DNA of 41,833 nt, from the IMG/VR virus record IMGVR_UViG_3300017909_003587, positions 1 to 41,833 of that record; one strand, given 5' to 3'. The position numbers and the translations under genes are program-made. This document shows positions 37,410-41,833 of the stretch, piece after piece; within the stretch, counting starts at the first letter, position 1; each line of letters opens with the position of its first letter. This stretch comes from a virus. Taxonomy: Duplodnaviria; Caudoviricetes. Under the pieces are notes generated by a model. That model made no database searches, was not told where the DNA came from, and saw nothing but the letters and a program-made list of their open reading frames with translations.

Positions 37410-37442
37410 ATTATACTATAGTATGGCATAAATGTAAATAGC
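37410..37442 (-). promoter_or_regulatory. Sigma70-like early promoter
   Basis: GCTATTTACA-17 nt-TATAAT. Confidence 0.8.
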
Positions 37443-37483
37443 CAAAATGAAATTGTTACACAATTGTAACATTCCTGTAACAT

Positions 37484-37558
37484 TGGCGACCCCTAGGAGA
37501 TTCGAACTCCTGTTGCTGGGATGAAAACCCAGTGTCCTAACCACTAGACGAAGGGGTC
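37484..37558 (-). tRNA. trnE: tRNA-Glu (anticodon TTC) with encoded CCA
   Basis: GACCCCT acceptor pairs with AGGGGTC-G-CCA; D arm GTCT-AGTGGTT-AGGAC; anticodon arm CTGGG-TTTTCAT-CCCAG; T arm AGGAG-TTCGAAT-CTCCT. Confidence 0.97.
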
Positions 37559-37566
37559 GTAAGATT

Positions 37567-37755
37567 TGGTGGCATTTCAATGGCTTGGGTATTACCCCAA
37601 GTTCGACAGCGTGTCCTTCTAAGTCAGGCCTTACCTGAATTTTATCAAGGTCGGTAGCTAACGACCATAAAGAGTTTCGTTTACCATGATATCCCAATTG
37701 CTTATACAAAATTTCTATCACTTCTTTGTTAACCTTCTGTAATAATCTCAATGCC
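37567..37755 (-). ncRNA. Candidate ~189-nt structured RNA with tRNA-like acceptor stem and ACCA end
   Basis: 5' GGCAUU pairs with 3' AAUGCC-ACCA; internal hairpins GGUCG/CGACC, UCAGG/CCUGA and CUUGGG/CCCAAG; 8 nt upstream of tRNA-Glu. Confidence 0.55.
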
Positions 37756-37862
37756 ATATATCACGTCTTAATTGATTTTAACAACTATTACCAGGTATTT
37801 TCGTAGAGTTTCACAACAACCATCCATCTACAACTCTTCCTCAACTCCTGAATATAATAATC

Positions 37863-37895
37863 ATTATACCATAGTCGAGAGTAAATGTAAATAGC
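37863..37895 (-). promoter_or_regulatory. Sigma70-like promoter for the ncRNA/tRNA transcript
   Basis: GCTATTTACA-17 nt-TATAAT with TG extended -10. Confidence 0.82.
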
Positions 37896-37928
37896 TAAAG
37901 TGAAAAAAGTGTGACTTTTTTTAGAATA

Positions 37929-38507
37929 TTATAATATAAGGCCAGTGTCTTCTAATACTATAAAGTTATTAATAACAGCCATAGTAATTAATGTATTAGG
38001 AAATATTAAGTTATCTTTTTCATATGTATGGATTATTAAATTACCCCATACTAACTTGAATAGTATTAATCTATCTAGGTGAGGATCTTTACCAACAATT
38101 GGATTTAATTCATAAATTCTTGGATCTTTTAAACCACGATTTGTAGTCCATACATCAAGAGCATTGATTGCCCAGAAATAATAAAGTTCTTTTTGAGGAT
38201 ATTTTTCTTTAAACTGTATAGATAGTGACAGTTTCTGATTTTCCTTTAACTTTGATGCTATCAACTTTTGTGAGTAATCCGCTTTTACACTGTCCAGCAC
38301 TGGTTGGGCCCAGCAACATTCGAACCCCATCATAATTGCGTGTTTGTCCTTCGAGTCTAGCACCAAGGTTGACGGCATCTCCAATGACGGAATAGTCAAA
38401 TCGAGACTCTGATCCCATGTTTCCGACAATGCAGTCCCCGGTATTAATACCAATCCCAACATCAATCCTAGGTAAACCTTGTTCTTCAAGTTCTTGTATA
38501 AGTTCAT
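37929..38507 (-). CDS. Putative exported/membrane protein overlapping the cyclase 3' end (start uncertain)
   Basis: C-terminal LDVWTT..GL....YELNP pattern (DUF5658-like). The N-terminus reads as a signal peptide, with GAGG 6 nt upstream of ATG 38507. Confidence 0.7.
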   Translation of the reverse strand: MNLYKNLKNKVYLGLMLGLVLIPGTALSETWDQSLDLTIPSLEMPSTLVLDSKDKHAIMMGFECCWAQPVLDSVKADYSQKLIASKLKENQKLSLSIQFKEKYPQKELYYFWAINALDVWTTNRGLKDPRIYELNPIVGKDPHLDRLILFKLVWGNLIIHTYEKDNLIFPNTLITMAVINNFIVLEDTGLIL

Positions 38508-40044
38508 CTGCTGCCTCTAATATTTCTATTCCTGTCTTAATTGCTTTATCCGCATGGTCTTCACACGGTAACGGAGCATTCCAAAATGCCATAATACAAT
38601 CGCCCATATACTTATCGATTGTGCCATCATTCTTGAGAATGATTTTAGTCATACGGTCTAGATAATTATTTATAATCAATACTAAACCTTCTGGGTCGTT
38701 ATTATTCTTATAATGTTCTGATATAGGAGTAAACCCTACTATATCCATAAATAAGAATGTCATCTCTTTTCTTTCTCCACCAAGTTTTAATAATGATGGG
38801 TCTTTCTGTAATAGCATAACTTGTCTTGGGTCTAAATAAGTTTCAAATTGTTTCTTTATTTGTTGCCTTAACATAAACTGTTTATAAAAGTTATTTAATG
38901 CGCTTGAGAGATAAGTTATTATATATAATATTAGTGAATAACTAAGGTCGAGGAGTATAAAAAATTTATTCCAGATATAATACACGAGTCCGCCTGTCCC
39001 GGCGACAAGAACCAGAAAGGTTACAAAAGAAACCCAGATTGGTGCACGATATACCAAAAGAACCAGAAGCAGAGCAAGCAGAGTTGATACAATTACTTCT
39101 ACAAGAAATGCGTACTGAGGCCGAGAGATTGGATTCTCAGAAAGAATCGTCTGTAGAGTTGTCGCTTGTAATTGATGGGGATACTTTAGTCCACCGGGAG
39201 TAGGTACTTGTAGACTCAAACCTCTAGCGGTCACACCGACCAAAACTGTTTTGCCTTTTAAATCTGTAACATCTGATAGATTATTAATATACTCTATTTC
39301 TTCAAATTTTGTATTCCATTTTAACCATATAGAACCATCAGCATCTGTAGGTATTTCATAAGGTCTTAATACAATACTTTCAATTCCAGCTTCATTTGAT
39401 TTAATAGTATAAGATGGTTTATCGTTTAAAACTCTAATTGTTTCTAATGCAAATGATGGATATAACTGACCATTTACATTCGAAATGAGCGGTATTCTTC
39501 TTGTTATATTATCTACTTCTGGAGCACCATTAGATAACCCATGACCCCATGCACCTGATTCTATATCAGATATATTTGTTACTAAACCATTATATTTGTA
39601 TATAAAATCGAGAGGATCTGATGTACCAAATGTAGCATATCCAACATATGGAGCTGAATCACTCCTACCATATTCATCTGCTGTTTGTGTTAATATAATA
39701 CCATTATCTTTAATCCAAGATGCAAATACTTCATCACCACCAAACCTATCTGCTTCTGGAAACATAATAGTAAACCCTATCATTCCAGCATTTTTATTTC
39801 TCAAATCAGATATCATTTGAGCATAGTATTGTCTAGGCCATGGAAATTGACCTAACTCTTCTAAGGATTCCTCTCCTATATTGAGTAATACTATTTCGTT
39901 GGATTGTTCTTCGGGAAGTGTTTTAATTAATGAGTCAAATACATTTAATCTTGTTTGCTCTAATAAAGCGGGGTCTGCTATTCTCATTATAACCATGAGA
40001 ATAACTAAAGTTATAGTTGTCCAGATGGACGTTATATATTTCAT
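38209..40044 (-). CDS. CHASE2-domain class III adenylate/guanylate cyclase (611 aa)
   Basis: CHASE2 motifs GQFPWPR and DNITRRIPL; N-terminal TM plus three TMs; catalytic FMDIVGFT, DKYMGDCIMAFWNAP, GIGINTG, FDYSVIGDAVNLGARLEG and VKGK. Confidence 0.96.
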   Translation of the reverse strand: MKYITSIWTTITLVILMVIMRIADPALLEQTRLNVFDSLIKTLPEEQSNEIVLLNIGEESLEELGQFPWPRQYYAQMISDLRNKNAGMIGFTIMFPEADRFGGDEVFASWIKDNGIILTQTADEYGRSDSAPYVGYATFGTSDPLDFIYKYNGLVTNISDIESGAWGHGLSNGAPEVDNITRRIPLISNVNGQLYPSFALETIRVLNDKPSYTIKSNEAGIESIVLRPYEIPTDADGSIWLKWNTKFEEIEYINNLSDVTDLKGKTVLVGVTARGLSLQVPTPGGLKYPHQLQATTLQTILSENPISRPQYAFLVEVIVSTLLALLLVLLVYRAPIWVSFVTFLVLVAGTGGLVYYIWNKFFILLDLSYSLILYIITYLSSALNNFYKQFMLRQQIKKQFETYLDPRQVMLLQKDPSLLKLGGERKEMTFLFMDIVGFTPISEHYKNNNDPEGLVLIINNYLDRMTKIILKNDGTIDKYMGDCIMAFWNAPLPCEDHADKAIKTGIEILEAADELIQELEEQGLPRIDVGIGINTGDCIVGNMGSESRFDYSVIGDAVNLGARLEGQTRNYDGVRMLLGPTSAGQCKSGLLTKVDSIKVKGKSETVTIYTV

Positions 40045-40445
40045 TATTTATTTTTCTTATTTTCCCAATCTTCAATAGCCTTTTTAATACTATCTTCTGC
40101 TAAAACTGAGCAATGTAATTTGATTGGTGGTAATTCAAGTGCTTCTGCAATATCTTTATCTTTTACTAATTTTGCTTCTTCTATTGTTTTACCTTTTAAC
40201 ATTTCTACAAACATTGTGCTTGAAGCAATTGCTGAACCACAACCGTAAGTTTTAAACTTTACATCTATGATTCTTTCTTCTTCATCAAGTTTGAGTTGTA
40301 GCTTCATAACATCACCACATGCTGGTGCGCCTGTCATTCCTGTTGCTACATTTGGATCTTTAGGATCAAATCGACCTACATTAAACTGTTTAGGTGAGTT
40401 TAATACTTCATTGAATCTATCAATAACTTGTTTTGAATATGCCAT
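40044..40445 (-). CDS. iscU: Fe-S cluster scaffold IscU
   Basis: GAPACGDVMKLQL, FKTYGCGSAIASS and LPPIKLHCSVLAED (three Cys plus an LPPVK-like HscA motif). Confidence 0.96.
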   Translation of the reverse strand: MAYSKQVIDRFNEVLNSPKQFNVGRFDPKDPNVATGMTGAPACGDVMKLQLKLDEEERIIDVKFKTYGCGSAIASSTMFVEMLKGKTIEEAKLVKDKDIAEALELPPIKLHCSVLAEDSIKKAIEDWENKKNK

Positions 40446-41134
40446 TAATTACCTTGAGTAACATTAACTGTACAACCACCGACAGTATAACATGTATTCG
40501 TAATAGAATATGTTTGATTAGTTCCGCCCTGTTGTAATAAGTTTAATGTTGTTGGTTCAGTACCTTGTAATGTCACTTGAGCATTATGACTTGCATTACC
40601 TTTTTGCATTAAGTCAACGATTGAACCATCAGCTGTTCCATAAAAATATTGTTGTGCATAATGAGAACCTGTGCCTTCTTGCCATAAGTCGACTTGAGTA
40701 TCATCTGCGTGTATGTCTAAATTAAATGTATGTGTTCCGCTTTGGTAAACATCTACTGCATTATCGTTACCCCAAATATGTCTACCATAAGTTGCACCAT
40801 CGTATTGAACTACGCCTTCATTATTACCTGTGCCATCTACATCTCCACCCCAACTCTTACCTGAACCCCAATATGAAACCCAACCTATATAGTTACCTGA
40901 ACCATTTTGTTCAAAAGAAAATGTATTACTTGCGTGGTCAAATGAAAATCTTACTTCGTTATCATAACCTATTTGTGTTATACTTAAATTCACATCGTCA
41001 CCACTACCTACTTGTTCAACATGAATATGATTGTCATCTGATGGACCCGCAAATACAGGTGCAATCAGTAACATAAAGGGTGCCCATGGCATTACCCAAT
41101 ATTTAAAGAATAATTTTTTAAATTTATTTAGCAT
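40445..41134 (-). CDS. Secreted curlin-like / beta-solenoid repeat protein (229 aa)
   Basis: Signal peptide ending PVFA-G; repeated QxGxxN/H units (EQVGSGD, TQIGYDN, EQNGSGN, YQSGTH, WQEGTGSH, MQKGNASHN, LQQGGTN). Confidence 0.75.
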   Translation of the reverse strand: MLNKFKKLFFKYWVMPWAPFMLLIAPVFAGPSDDNHIHVEQVGSGDDVNLSITQIGYDNEVRFSFDHASNTFSFEQNGSGNYIGWVSYWGSGKSWGGDVDGTGNNEGVVQYDGATYGRHIWGNDNAVDVYQSGTHTFNLDIHADDTQVDLWQEGTGSHYAQQYFYGTADGSIVDLMQKGNASHNAQVTLQGTEPTTLNLLQQGGTNQTYSITNTCYTVGGCTVNVTQGN

Positions 41135-41483
41135 TTTTCTTTTTCGTTATAGCTTTTAATTTTTCTAAATGTGCTGTCCATATATTATAAGCCTTTCTTA
41201 AATTTTCTTTTTTCTCTGGATCTTTAGTATTTTTTATAGCTTCTTTTGCCCTTTGTTGCATTACTAAAGTTGCTTGTACTTTATGTGCATGTGTTCTTTT
41301 TGCTTTATTGATAATACCAATACCTTTATTTGCAGTGGCAGCATCTTTAAATCCTAAACCTTTTATTGTACCTTTAGGATTTTCATCAGTGTACAAGTCT
41401 GAATGACTAGAACTTCCGGTATGTTGGCCTTTTTTTCTAGGTGTTCTTTTTTCAGCTTCTAAAAAAATCTTAAATGTTTTCAT
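41124..41483 (-). CDS. Basic late protein (119 aa), possible internal head protein
   Basis: MKTFKIFLE N-terminus; HSDLYTDENPKGTIKGLGFKD motif; its own late promoter. Confidence 0.8.
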   Translation of the reverse strand: MKTFKIFLEAEKRTPRKKGQHTGSSSHSDLYTDENPKGTIKGLGFKDAATANKGIGIINKAKRTHAHKVQATLVMQQRAKEAIKNTKDPEKKENLRKAYNIWTAHLEKLKAITKKKNAK

Positions 41484-41489
41484 ATATAT

Positions 41490-41497
41490 TATTTATA
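41490..41497 (-). promoter_or_regulatory. Late promoter TATAAATA
   Basis: Exact consensus 6 nt before ATG 41483, overlapping the upstream stop codon. Confidence 0.78.
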
Positions 41498-41833
41498 ATT
41501 GTTTTATCCTTATATCTATACCATCACCATCATTTCCTATAATTACCCCTTGCCAAGATGGCGTATCTGTTTCTATTGTAAATGAATTACCTGTAGCTAT
41601 TGTTATTTCAATTAATCCTTGTACATTTCTATATAAAACCAAATCTCCATCTCTTAAAAATACATTATATTGTGATTCATCGTTTAAACCTCTCCTTGCT
41701 CCTTTAATATCAAACTCTCCTAATGTATCGAATAGGTCTCCAGAATCAACGATGTCTAATACATCTATTAAAAACTCTACATCAAGTTCATCAATATCAA
41801 GTTCAGTAAAATCTTCAAGTTCGTCTTCTTCTA
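41493..41833 (-). CDS. C-terminal part of a large acidic protein, probably FecR-domain family (partial; not in the ORF track)
   Basis: Manual translation EEDELEDFTELDIDELDVEFLIDVLDIVD...IDIRIKQL. The acidic ELDIDELDV-F-L pattern and position next to curlin and CHASE2-cyclase genes suggest FecR, but the FecR domain itself lies outside the window. Confidence 0.6.
   Translation of the reverse strand, partial: EEDELEDFTELDIDELDVEFLIDVLDIVDSGDLFDTLGEFDIKGARRGLNDESQYNVFLRDGDLVLYRNVQGLIEITIATGNSFTIETDTPSWQGVIIGNDGDGIDIRIKQL

Noticed and set aside
37567-37755. tmRNA or intron-containing tRNA interpretation
   Set aside because: No G3-U70 pair, no canonical T-arm adjoining the acceptor stem, and no recognisable tag reading frame or D/anticodon arms.
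37416-37757. 113-aa minus-strand ORF
   Set aside because: Runs through tRNA-Glu, the repeat box and a promoter, with no SD; better explained as RNA genes.
37795-37850. Hammerhead ribozyme (UUGAGGA...GAAA)
   Set aside because: The core does not match CUGANGA and stem II is not correctly juxtaposed.
1-41833. Alternative genetic code, introns or inteins
   Set aside because: Core genes are full-length in code 11, TAG and TGA act as normal stops at expected C-termini, and no splicing motifs or homing endonucleases were seen.

Overview
This is an AT-rich fragment of a T4-like myovirus genome. The gene content resembles marine pelagimyophage/SAR86-type phages, but the host is an inference. Positions 1-25.7 kb (minus strand) are a late structural block: three tail-fibre genes, small virion proteins, a DUF4815/VrlC-like giant protein, and baseplate genes gp8, gp7, gp6, gp25, an unknown 425-aa gene, a short gp5, a gp27-like hub, gp53 and gp48. 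Positions 25.8-31.3 kb (plus strand) hold gp4, gp2, gp54, gp26/gp51, a small membrane protein and a hydrophobic tape-measure-like protein. Positions 31.3-41.8 kb (minus strand) hold gp32, gp59, gp33, a peroxiredoxin, many small early ORFs with sigma70-like promoters, tRNA-Glu and a candidate CCA-ended ncRNA. They end in an accessory module: probable FecR-type protein, curlin-like protein, IscU, CHASE2 adenylate cyclase and an overlapping membrane/secreted gene. The best leads are (1) a T-TTT-TTT -1 frameshift joining gp26 to a start-less gp51 frame upstream of the tape measure, (2) a hairpin whose loop is perfectly complementary to the downstream Shine-Dalgarno, (3) a ~189-nt tRNA-ended RNA, and (4) a phage-encoded surface-sensing/cAMP module with a CRP-like site at -61.5 of the next promoter. 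All calls come from reading the sequence by eye; no searches were run.
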